A DNA stretch of 64,000 bases from Polyangiaceae bacterium (GTDB lineage Bacteria; Myxococcota_A; Polyangia; Polyangiales; Polyangiaceae): assembly GCA_965222375.1 (NCBI GenBank), contig CBDCTZ010000009.1, forward strand, positions 288,001 to 352,000, in the 5' to 3' direction. Below the pieces are notes generated by a model. It was not told where the DNA came from. It worked only from the letters and a program-made list of their open reading frames with translations, and made no database searches. Made by a program: the position numbers and the translations under genes. How positions within the stretch are numbered: position 1 is the first letter of the stretch; every line of letters begins with the position of its first letter. Shown piece after piece: positions 30,204 to 38,348 of the stretch.

Positions 30204-31523
30204 CTACTTGCGAGCGATTCGGGCGTTCATGCGCTCGTAGGCGAGTTCTGTCGGCGTGATCTTGCGCTCTCGAGCTGCGGCCAAGAGCTCGGTCGTTTTT
30301 GCACCGCAGATTTGGGACAGGGAGGCATGTACTCGCTCGACGCTGGCCAGATCTGCGTAGGTGCGTTCCTCGTGGCCGGCGATGACCCCACCGACCGTGA
30401 TGGTCCAGTCGGGCTGTGTCAAAATGTCCCGTTTGGCCAGTGCTCTAGCCAATTCAATTTCGCCATCGATGCTATCGGCATCCAGAGTGTTGTTCGCCGC
30501 GCCGTAGATCAACTTGCAGCTCAGCTCCGGGATCTGCGCGTTGCCGATGACGCCGCCCAGGGCGCATGGCGCGAGCAGGTCGCAGGGCGTGGCAAGCAGT
30601 CCTTCCGGCTTCAGCAGCTCGAGGTTCGGGATGGCGGACTGCGCCATCTCGACCCGTCGCGGCTCGGGATCGAAGGCCGCAACCTGCATGCCTGCCAGTG
30701 CGAGCCGCTCCGCCAGCGCCAGCCCCACACTGCCGAGTCCCTGGACCACAGCCTTCTTGCCGTCCAACTTGGAGCTGTGCCACAGGAACGCTGCCGCCGC
30801 GCGGATGGCGATGAAGATCCCCTCGGCGGTCGGCGCACCGGTGGGGCCGAGCGGCGTCGAGGTGCCACACAGGATGTTCGGAGTGAAGCGCTGACTCAAG
30901 GCGTCGATCAGATCTCCGGATAGGCCTACGTCGGGCCCGGTCATCAGGTGGCCGCGGTCGATGCAGAAGCCCAAGAACCCCAGCCGTGCTTCGTCGCTGC
31001 CGGCAATGGGATCCGCGAACAGTGTCGTCTTGCTACCGCCATAGGGCAGTTCCGCGTGAGCGCATTTGTAGCTCATGGCCCGGGACAGGTTGAGACCTGC
31101 GGCCAGTGCGTGTCGTTCGTTCGCATTGCGGGGGTAGCGGCGGATGCCGCCTGCGCGCAAGGCGTGCTGCGGTCGGCGCAAGCCCAGCGTGCTCGAGTGA
31201 ATGTAATGTGCGACTCGGACCTGCAATTCCGGATGAACACAGAGCCACACCATTTCGTGATGACCGCGGCGCATCCCGTCGAGCAATGCGTCCATCGCCG
31301 CCCCGGCGCCTTGCTGGGTCAACAGTTCGCGGGTCTCCGTGTCGCCCAAAGCTCGAGCATCGCGACACGCGACCTGGTCCAGTGCATAGCGGCGTCCATA
31401 GCCGCGAAAGTCCCAGCTTGCATCGAAGTCCCGACTTGCGTTGAGAGAGAAGCCACCGCTGTCGTCCGTGAGGACGCGAAGGGTGGTCAGGTTGCCATCG
31501 ACCAATGCGTCAAAGAGCCCCAT
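30204..31523 (-). CDS. Glu/Leu/Phe/Val dehydrogenase family protein (leucine dehydrogenase-like) with N-terminal extension
   Basis: AGGIR, AMSYK, GGSK, GPDVG, QGLGSVG, PCALGG, GAANN. Start ATG 31523. Confidence 0.88.
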   Translation of the reverse strand: MGLFDALVDGNLTTLRVLTDDSGGFSLNASRDFDASWDFRGYGRRYALDQVACRDARALGDTETRELLTQQGAGAAMDALLDGMRRGHHEMVWLCVHPELQVRVAHYIHSSTLGLRRPQHALRAGGIRRYPRNANERHALAAGLNLSRAMSYKCAHAELPYGGSKTTLFADPIAGSDEARLGFLGFCIDRGHLMTGPDVGLSGDLIDALSQRFTPNILCGTSTPLGPTGAPTAEGIFIAIRAAAAFLWHSSKLDGKKAVVQGLGSVGLALAERLALAGMQVAAFDPEPRRVEMAQSAIPNLELLKPEGLLATPCDLLAPCALGGVIGNAQIPELSCKLIYGAANNTLDADSIDGEIELARALAKRDILTQPDWTITVGGVIAGHEERTYADLASVERVHASLSQICGAKTTELLAAARERKITPTELAYERMNARIARK

Positions 31524-31909
31524 GCGCCTGAGGGTACTCCTATTGTCGCAGTCCCGCGCGGCCGCGACCCACCGAGGTGCCGAGCGCATGCGCCTTGTTT
31601 GCAGCGGGTTGGTTCTGCCGCATCCCGTGTGGCGTGTCTTGGGGACCGCGAGATTGACGGTCGTCACGTGCCTGGCTCTTGCCGCGGCCCAGCGAGCACC
31701 CCCACCCAGGACCACTGTTTATGGATCTGCCTCTGGTCACGTTTTGTCGACTGGGAGCCACATGCTGGCAGAACTCGCCCACGGCTCCAGACGGAGTCTA
31801 TTTGTAAATGTCGGAATTTGTTGGAGAAATCGGGAAGCGACTCAGCAATCAGGTAGGCTCCGTCTTGGCCGGAGCACATCTTCGGCCATCGCACGTAGAA
31901 GGTGAGGCG

Positions 31910-33082
31910 ATGGAGCGAATCGGTGAGTACCTCGTCCGCGGGCTGGTCGGTGAGGGCGGGATGGGCAAGGTCTACGAGGCCGAGGAGCGCCTGAGCAAGC
32001 GTCGCGTCGCGCTGAAGGTGTTGCGCCCAGAGTTTTCCCGTTCGGAGGAGGGGCGCCAGATGTTCCTGAACGAGATGACGATTCTGGCGCACCTGGACCA
32101 CGCGAACATCGTGCGCTGCCTGGCCTGCACCGAAAGCGACGACCAGCTCGTGATGGCCCTCGAGTTCCTGGAGGGGCGAACCTTGCGTCAGGTGCTTGCC
32201 GACAACGGCGCCTTGAGCTGGGAAGACGCGGTCGGGATCGCCGTGCAGATCGCTTCGGCCTTGGCTGCTGCTCACCGCCAGCAGCCGCCGATTGTGCACC
32301 GGGATCTGAAGCCCGAAAACGTGATGGTCCTCGACGACGGCACGGTCAAGGTCATGGACTTCGGAATCGCCAAGGTGCTGCAGGCACTCAGCGGAACCAC
32401 GACCCATAGCGTGGGAACCCTGCAGTACATGAGCCCGGAGCAGATCGACGCGACGGGCATCGACAATCGAAGCGACCTCTACTGTCTTGGGCTGGTGATG
32501 TACGAGATGCTTTCCGGCAAGCCGCCGTTCGAAAGTGCCTCACCCCGAGAGTTGCTCAACGCGCAGTGCACGGAAAAGCCACCGGACCTACCAGAAGACG
32601 TGCGATCCGGATTGCCTCGGGGCGTCGAGCGGCTGGTATTCGAATTGTTGGAGAAATCCCCGGACGACCGGCCCGCCTCCGCGCGAGACGTGCTGCACGA
32701 CCTCGACCCATTTGCCCCATCCCTGACCCGCGCCCCGCGCTCCCGGGCCTCGGGGCACACCGAGCGCATGCCGGCGCAGCCCAAGCCGAGCGAACGCGAG
32801 CCCCAGGCCGCTGCCGATGACGAACAACCGGCAGCGCCGCCCGCCGCCAAGCCCTCGACATCCCAGCCGTCCAAGAAACCAACCCCTCGCGCTGATACGC
32901 TGGCACTGGTCGAAACCGCGACGGCGCCTCGGGACGTCAGCCGCAACACGGGCTTGATCGTGATCCTCGCGCTGTCCGTGCTTGCCGGCGTGGTGACCTA
33001 CTTTGTGCGAGCCAGTGGAGCCGACGAGACGCCTCGGGAGGCGCCGTCGGCCTCCGCCGTGAGCGGCGAAGAATTCAGGTGA
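31910..33082 (+). CDS. Membrane-anchored Ser/Thr protein kinase (intact catalytic motifs, minimal ectodomain)
   Basis: GEGGMG, VALK, HRDLKPEN, DFG, GTLQYMSPE, SDLY; C-terminal TM GLIVILALSVLAGVVTYFV. GGTGAGG RBS before ATG 31910. Confidence 0.93.
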   Translation: MERIGEYLVRGLVGEGGMGKVYEAEERLSKRRVALKVLRPEFSRSEEGRQMFLNEMTILAHLDHANIVRCLACTESDDQLVMALEFLEGRTLRQVLADNGALSWEDAVGIAVQIASALAAAHRQQPPIVHRDLKPENVMVLDDGTVKVMDFGIAKVLQALSGTTTHSVGTLQYMSPEQIDATGIDNRSDLYCLGLVMYEMLSGKPPFESASPRELLNAQCTEKPPDLPEDVRSGLPRGVERLVFELLEKSPDDRPASARDVLHDLDPFAPSLTRAPRSRASGHTERMPAQPKPSEREPQAAADDEQPAAPPAAKPSTSQPSKKPTPRADTLALVETATAPRDVSRNTGLIVILALSVLAGVVTYFVRASGADETPREAPSASAVSGEEFR

Positions 33083-36069
33083 GCGAACCGCCCGATATTC
33101 CGGGGCTCACGCCAGCTGAGGCCCTACCGGATTTCGGGCGTGCACGGCGCTTTCGCCTTCCCGAAGACGAAGAGCTGTGGCTGCTGCACGAGGCCGATCG
33201 CGCTGTGCAGCAGCGGTTGCTCGAATTGGGCGCTGTAGGGCTTGGGCGCTTCTCGCGGGGTGGGGAGACAGTAGATGAACTGTGGTTGGTGCGGGGTTCG
33301 GCCACGCCCACCTTGGCTGGCTTTCTCGAAACCTCCAAACAGGTGCCCGTCGCCGATGCTCTCGAGATCCTGAGCAGCCTGTTGCGCGTGCTGGTCTTCG
33401 CCGAAGACGAGGCGCTGTTCCCGGGGCCCCTGGTGCTGGCTCAGATCCCACTTCACGAACGCCGAGTGGAGGTCTCGGCGGATGAACTCGTCGCGAGCCT
33501 CCTCGGCCACGCGGAGGCGTCGCCCGCTGCGGCTTCCAGTCGCGCGTCGCCGCGTTGGACGCCTCCGGAGCAGTCCGAGGGCGCGCCTTGGAACAACGCT
33601 GCCAACCGCTACGTGATCGGGCTTTTGATGTACCGCCTCCTGTCCGGGGAGCATCCCTTCGGCGGTCGCGGACTCAGGTTGGCGCTGGAGGCTCGGGCCG
33701 ATCGACCACCGCCGCCCTTCACGCCCGAGGTTGCGGAGCAGCTTTCCCCAGGGCTGCAGTCGTTGTGCCTGCGCTGCCTCGAGCCGGATCCATCCCGACG
33801 CCCACGCTCCGCCCAGGAAATCCTCGACACCCTCGAAGACATTCTGAGCAGCTCCCAGAACCAAACGCCACCTCCCGCTACGTCGCAAAGCAGGCCGGGC
33901 GGCGAATCACCCGAGCCGACCTCACGGCAGGAGCCCCGAGCCCCGGCCTCGGCGCCGCCGCGAGCGGCTGTTGCGCCGGGGCAAGTCCAGGCGAGTCGAC
34001 GTTGGGGCGGCTGGTGGATGCTGCTGGGCCTGTGCACCGCCTTGGCTGCTTGGTGGGGGCTGTCGCGTGGGCGATCCACCGAGCCTCCGCCAGTTCGCGC
34101 TCGCGCCCCGTTGAGCGCTAGCGGTTTGATTTCTGCGGACTGCGCGAGCTGCCATCCACGTCAAGCTGGGGAGTGGCGTCGCTCCGTCATGGCGCACTCC
34201 GTGAAGAGCCCGTTGTTCTTGTCGCTCGAGATGTTGATCCAGGAGCAAGCCGGCAAAGACTTCGATTGTCCCAACGGCGCTGGGATCTTGCGAAAGGCCG
34301 ACGCACGCACCGCATGTCGGGATCGAAACAGTGGTCAATTGGTCACGGGCGCCGGCGGAGAACACTGGTGCGTCAATTGCCACGCCCCGGCGGACAATTT
34401 GGCTACCACCGTGCCCGCCTGGAATGGCCGAGAGCGCACCGACAATCCGACGCTCCGAGAAGCGCTCTCGGAGCGGGCCTTGGAAGGGATCTCGTGTGCG
34501 TTTTGCCACCAAGTGCATCCGCCCACGGCGGGCCGCGTCCCGGCGACGGAGCTGGGCAATCCGTTTTGGGTTTCCCCGGTCACAGGTCGACGCTTCTCGG
34601 CTCGCCCTGAAGACGCCACGGGTCGAGTCGGGATTTCCAACAGCGGCTACGCGCTCGATCTGCAAGCGCTGTTTGCTGGCGACAAGGTGCCCGGCGGCGC
34701 CCATGCGCGCCCGGATCCAGCCACCCGTGAGTATTTGCGCTCCAGCGACTTCTGCGGTGCCTGTCACGATGTGAGGCTCTTCGGCACCGACGTGATCGGC
34801 GTGAAAGAACGGGGTGAGCACTTCAAGCGCTTGAGAAACGCCTACAGTGAATGGTCGGCCTGGGCGGCGACGGAAGAGCGCGCCGGGCGAACCCCCGCCA
34901 GTTGCCAGGACTGTCACATGACGCAGTACCCGGGGGTCTGCACGGAAGAGGCGGGGGACCAAACCGCGGTGGCGTCGGGGCTGAGAGACTCCTGCCCGCC
35001 GGGAACCCACTTCCAGTCTCGGCCCCCCGGCAGCTACCCCAAGGGGCTTGCGGCAACCGGAGCCGTGAAGCCGCGCCGGCTGAGCCTGCACTACTTTAGT
35101 GGCGTGGACACGCCGCTGGATCCGGGCTTCGACCCGCGTTTGGCCGAGGGCGACTGGACGGACGTGTTTTCCATCCCCCAGTCCCTGAGTCGTCGCGCCA
35201 AGATGCTGCTGGCGGCATCCGTGGAGCTTTCGCTGGGCACGCCTCGTCTCCGCGGCAGGCGTCTCGAGCTGCCGGTCAGCATCGAGAACACCGGCGCTGG
35301 GCATCGCGTACCCGCAGGATTCAGTCAGGAGCGTGAGCTCTGGGTTCATCTGACGGTTCGCGACGAGCAGGGGCGCGCCTTGTACGAAGTCGGTCGCGTC
35401 GACCGCTCGGACCAAGACTTGCGCGACAAGGTGTTCCTGCGCGTCAACACCGACGACCGATTCACGGATGGCCAAGGTCGCCCCCAGGGGCTCTTCGGCG
35501 CGGACGTGGCAGATGGCCCGGATGTTCCGCGCTGGCAGCCCAATCCACAGCTGGGTGGGACCCAGTTCCGAGGGCTCGGCCTGATCAACTTCCAGAACGG
35601 CTTCTTACGATGCGTCGTGTGTATCGGGCGGGTGGATTTCGATGGCAGTTGTAGGGCGCTGCCCGGCCAGGATCGCGCGCGGGCAGACCGTTTTGCCGAT
35701 GGCAGCTACGACATCGACACGGGGGAGTGCCGGAGCAATCTATCCGGCGAAAACGCGCTCTTCGAAACCTACTTCCCGGTGGGTGCCCTCGACGCGTCTC
35801 GAGGCGTGTTCAAAGCGGCTGACGCCATCATCGATCGGCGCTCACTAGCTCCAAACCAGCCGGTCACCTACACCTACGATCTGTCCTTGTCCGGCAGGCC
35901 CCACAGCGTCGAAGCGCGACTCTTGTTCCGGGCGTTTCCCCCGTTTCTGATCCGCGCATTCATCGAATACGAAGCCAAGAAGCGCCCCGGGCGCTCCCTG
36001 ATTGGCCAGGCCGCCATGGACCGCCTGGAGATCGTCGAGCTCGCCAAGACGCGGGTGGTGCTTCCGTGA
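33079..36069 (+). CDS. Pseudokinase-TM-pentaheme cytochrome c fusion with a C-terminal Ig-like domain
   Basis: Kinase C-lobe remnants (SPRWTPPEQ, YVIGLLMYRLLSGEHPF, CLEPDPSRRP); TM WWMLLGLCTALAAWWGL; five CxxCH at 34141, 34369, 34495, 34753, 34903; NTGAGHRVPAG. Confidence 0.85.
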   Translation: MSEPPDIPGLTPAEALPDFGRARRFRLPEDEELWLLHEADRAVQQRLLELGAVGLGRFSRGGETVDELWLVRGSATPTLAGFLETSKQVPVADALEILSSLLRVLVFAEDEALFPGPLVLAQIPLHERRVEVSADELVASLLGHAEASPAAASSRASPRWTPPEQSEGAPWNNAANRYVIGLLMYRLLSGEHPFGGRGLRLALEARADRPPPPFTPEVAEQLSPGLQSLCLRCLEPDPSRRPRSAQEILDTLEDILSSSQNQTPPPATSQSRPGGESPEPTSRQEPRAPASAPPRAAVAPGQVQASRRWGGWWMLLGLCTALAAWWGLSRGRSTEPPPVRARAPLSASGLISADCASCHPRQAGEWRRSVMAHSVKSPLFLSLEMLIQEQAGKDFDCPNGAGILRKADARTACRDRNSGQLVTGAGGEHWCVNCHAPADNLATTVPAWNGRERTDNPTLREALSERALEGISCAFCHQVHPPTAGRVPATELGNPFWVSPVTGRRFSARPEDATGRVGISNSGYALDLQALFAGDKVPGGAHARPDPATREYLRSSDFCGACHDVRLFGTDVIGVKERGEHFKRLRNAYSEWSAWAATEERAGRTPASCQDCHMTQYPGVCTEEAGDQTAVASGLRDSCPPGTHFQSRPPGSYPKGLAATGAVKPRRLSLHYFSGVDTPLDPGFDPRLAEGDWTDVFSIPQSLSRRAKMLLAASVELSLGTPRLRGRRLELPVSIENTGAGHRVPAGFSQERELWVHLTVRDEQGRALYEVGRVDRSDQDLRDKVFLRVNTDDRFTDGQGRPQGLFGADVADGPDVPRWQPNPQLGGTQFRGLGLINFQNGFLRCVVCIGRVDFDGSCRALPGQDRARADRFADGSYDIDTGECRSNLSGENALFETYFPVGALDASRGVFKAADAIIDRRSLAPNQPVTYTYDLSLSGRPHSVEARLLFRAFPPFLIRAFIEYEAKKRPGRSLIGQAAMDRLEIVELAKTRVVLP

Positions 36070-38348
36070 GCGAGGCTGCTCTCGCCAAAGCATTTCGGTC
36101 GCCGTTCTTTCGCGGGCTGGATGATCGCGGGCGTCAAGACCTGTCGCTGTCCAGTCGAGTCATCGAAATGAAAGCGGGCGAGGCCTTCTATCAAGAGGGC
36201 CAAGCCGCGGATAACTTGTTCGTCGTCGTCTCCGGGGAAGTGGCCCTCGAAGCCGTGCGTCGGGGGGACGACAACCTGAGCACCCTGCGCCTGGCGCGCC
36301 GAGGTGATCTGTTCGGCGAAGAAGCAACGGTGGTGGGCGCTACGCGCCTGTCCAGCGCTCGGGCCAAGAGTGTTGCCTGCGCGGTCGAAGTGCCCTTCGC
36401 CGTCGTTTCGCGAGTCCGGGTGCGCAGCGGCGTTGCCGAGGACGTTTTGTCTCGGGAGCAGCGCGCCCTTCGCCGCGCGCTATCGAGGGATGCCCTGCTC
36501 GCGTCGGCGTTGGGGAGGGACTTGCCCGAAAGCGATCTCTCGCTGCTGCTCGACGCGGCGCAGTGGCGCCAGGTCGCCCGTGGCGACTTCGTGTTTCAGG
36601 CGGGGCAAGCGCCCGACCGGGCGAGCGTTCTGGTCGCGGGCCTGGTTCAGCTCCAGACCGAGGAAGGCGGTCGAACCAGGGTCAGCGCCTACCTGAGCCG
36701 CGGCGACATCTTGGGTGACGACGCGGTGCTCGGTGGTCGGTCTCACGAACTAACTGCCGTGGCCCTGGGGGATCTGCATCTGTTGTCGGTGCCGCGAGCA
36801 GCCCTGCGCAGCGCCGTGGACCGCAACTCAGAGCTGCTGCGTGGCTTGCGCCGAGTCGCAGAAAGCCGAGGCGAGGCGCAGCGAGGACTGGTGGAAGGGC
36901 GAAACGAAAACGCCACCGGCCATGTGCTCGGCGACTTGTATCGAATGCACATTGCACGCTCGCTCTTGGTGATCGACCAAGACAGCTGCGTGCGCTGTGG
37001 CCAGTGCTCCCACGCCTGTGGAGATGTCTATGGCGCCACGCGGCTGGTACGCCGGGGCGACAAGATCGTGACGTCCCTGAAGATGGCGGAAGCGCCGAGC
37101 AGTCTCTTGGTGCCCAACAGCTGCCAGCATTGCGAAAATCCATCTTGCATGATCGACTGCCCGACCGGAGCCATCGGGCGTGACCCCCGCGGCGAGGTCT
37201 TCATTCGAGAGGCGCTCTGCACCGGGTGCGGAGCCTGCGCCAAAGCTTGCCCTTGGGAGAACATCCGCATGGCGCCGCGCCCGGGCGGTGGCGAGGCGAC
37301 GGATTCCGCGGTGGGCACCAGCGCTCTGGTTGCCACCAAATGCGATCTATGTCGTGAGCGCGATGGGCCGGCCTGCGTGGCCGCTTGCCCGACCGGAAGT
37401 ATTCTGCGCGTCGATCCATCCCGAGACTTTACGGAGGTGCTTGCCCTGTTTCCCGGCCGCGCACCGGCGCCCACCCAGGACACCGCGTTGCCCGGGGCGC
37501 GGCGCTCGCTTCGCTTCGTGCCCCTCTTCGCCGGCTTGGCCTTGATGGGCATGGGAGGGGGCTTGCATGCCGGAGGATACCTACGCGCTGGCAGCGGGCT
37601 GGGACTGGTTTTTGGGTGGGTGTCGTTGCTTGTTTTGCTCTCCCTGTTTGCGTACGGGTTTCAAAAGCGCGGCTACCGTCGCATTGCACGAACCCGACAC
37701 AAGGGGGCCCGCGCCGAAGCTCTGGACTTGACCCAGGTGCCGACCCGACGTGCCTTCGACTGGCACACGTGGTTGGGCTTTTCCGCCCTGGGCGCCGTTG
37801 CGCTTCACGCGGGCCTGAAGCTGTCGGGCTCAGCGCATACCTTCGTGGGGACCATCTTTTGGTGCTCCAGCGCGTTGGGCGTGCTCGGTTTGGTGGCCTA
37901 CCGGGCGTTGCCCCGGGCGCTGACCCGCATCGAACGTCGCGGGCTGCTGCCGGAAGACTTTCGTCGCGAGCGTCAGCGTTTGCTCGACCGCCTCTACCAC
38001 GCGACTAGCGGCAAGAGCGAAGCCGTCAAACTGCTCGTGAGCCGCGTGCTCATGCCCTACGCTCGCGCGCCCTGGGGGGGCCTGGTGTTGGTCGCATCGC
38101 GCCGGTCCCTGCGAGAAGAACAGCAGCGGCTCAAGGGAAAGCTCGAGGGCATTCTGGGGGACAAGGCGGTGGCCCTCGAGCGCGATCTGGACGAACTGAT
38201 CAAGACCGTCGTGGAGATCCGCGCGCTGCCCGCGCGGCGAGTTCTGACCGCGCTGCTCCGGGGCGTCGTTCCCGCTCACGGGCTGACCCTGGGTCTGCTC
38301 GCCGTCTTCCTCGTGATCCACCTGATTGCCGTGTCGGGGTTGTTTTGA
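36066..38348 (+). CDS. Tandem cNMP-binding domains + DmsB/NrfC-type 4x[4Fe-4S] domain + membrane domain with putative di-heme b ligands
   Basis: FGEEATVVGATRLSS (phosphate-binding cassette); 16 Cys in CVRCGQCSHAC, CQHCENPSCMIDC, CTGCGACAKAC, CDLC...CVAAC; two H-X13-H helices. Confidence 0.88.
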   Translation: MSEAALAKAFRSPFFRGLDDRGRQDLSLSSRVIEMKAGEAFYQEGQAADNLFVVVSGEVALEAVRRGDDNLSTLRLARRGDLFGEEATVVGATRLSSARAKSVACAVEVPFAVVSRVRVRSGVAEDVLSREQRALRRALSRDALLASALGRDLPESDLSLLLDAAQWRQVARGDFVFQAGQAPDRASVLVAGLVQLQTEEGGRTRVSAYLSRGDILGDDAVLGGRSHELTAVALGDLHLLSVPRAALRSAVDRNSELLRGLRRVAESRGEAQRGLVEGRNENATGHVLGDLYRMHIARSLLVIDQDSCVRCGQCSHACGDVYGATRLVRRGDKIVTSLKMAEAPSSLLVPNSCQHCENPSCMIDCPTGAIGRDPRGEVFIREALCTGCGACAKACPWENIRMAPRPGGGEATDSAVGTSALVATKCDLCRERDGPACVAACPTGSILRVDPSRDFTEVLALFPGRAPAPTQDTALPGARRSLRFVPLFAGLALMGMGGGLHAGGYLRAGSGLGLVFGWVSLLVLLSLFAYGFQKRGYRRIARTRHKGARAEALDLTQVPTRRAFDWHTWLGFSALGAVALHAGLKLSGSAHTFVGTIFWCSSALGVLGLVAYRALPRALTRIERRGLLPEDFRRERQRLLDRLYHATSGKSEAVKLLVSRVLMPYARAPWGGLVLVASRRSLREEQQRLKGKLEGILGDKAVALERDLDELIKTVVEIRALPARRVLTALLRGVVPAHGLTLGLLAVFLVIHLIAVSGLF

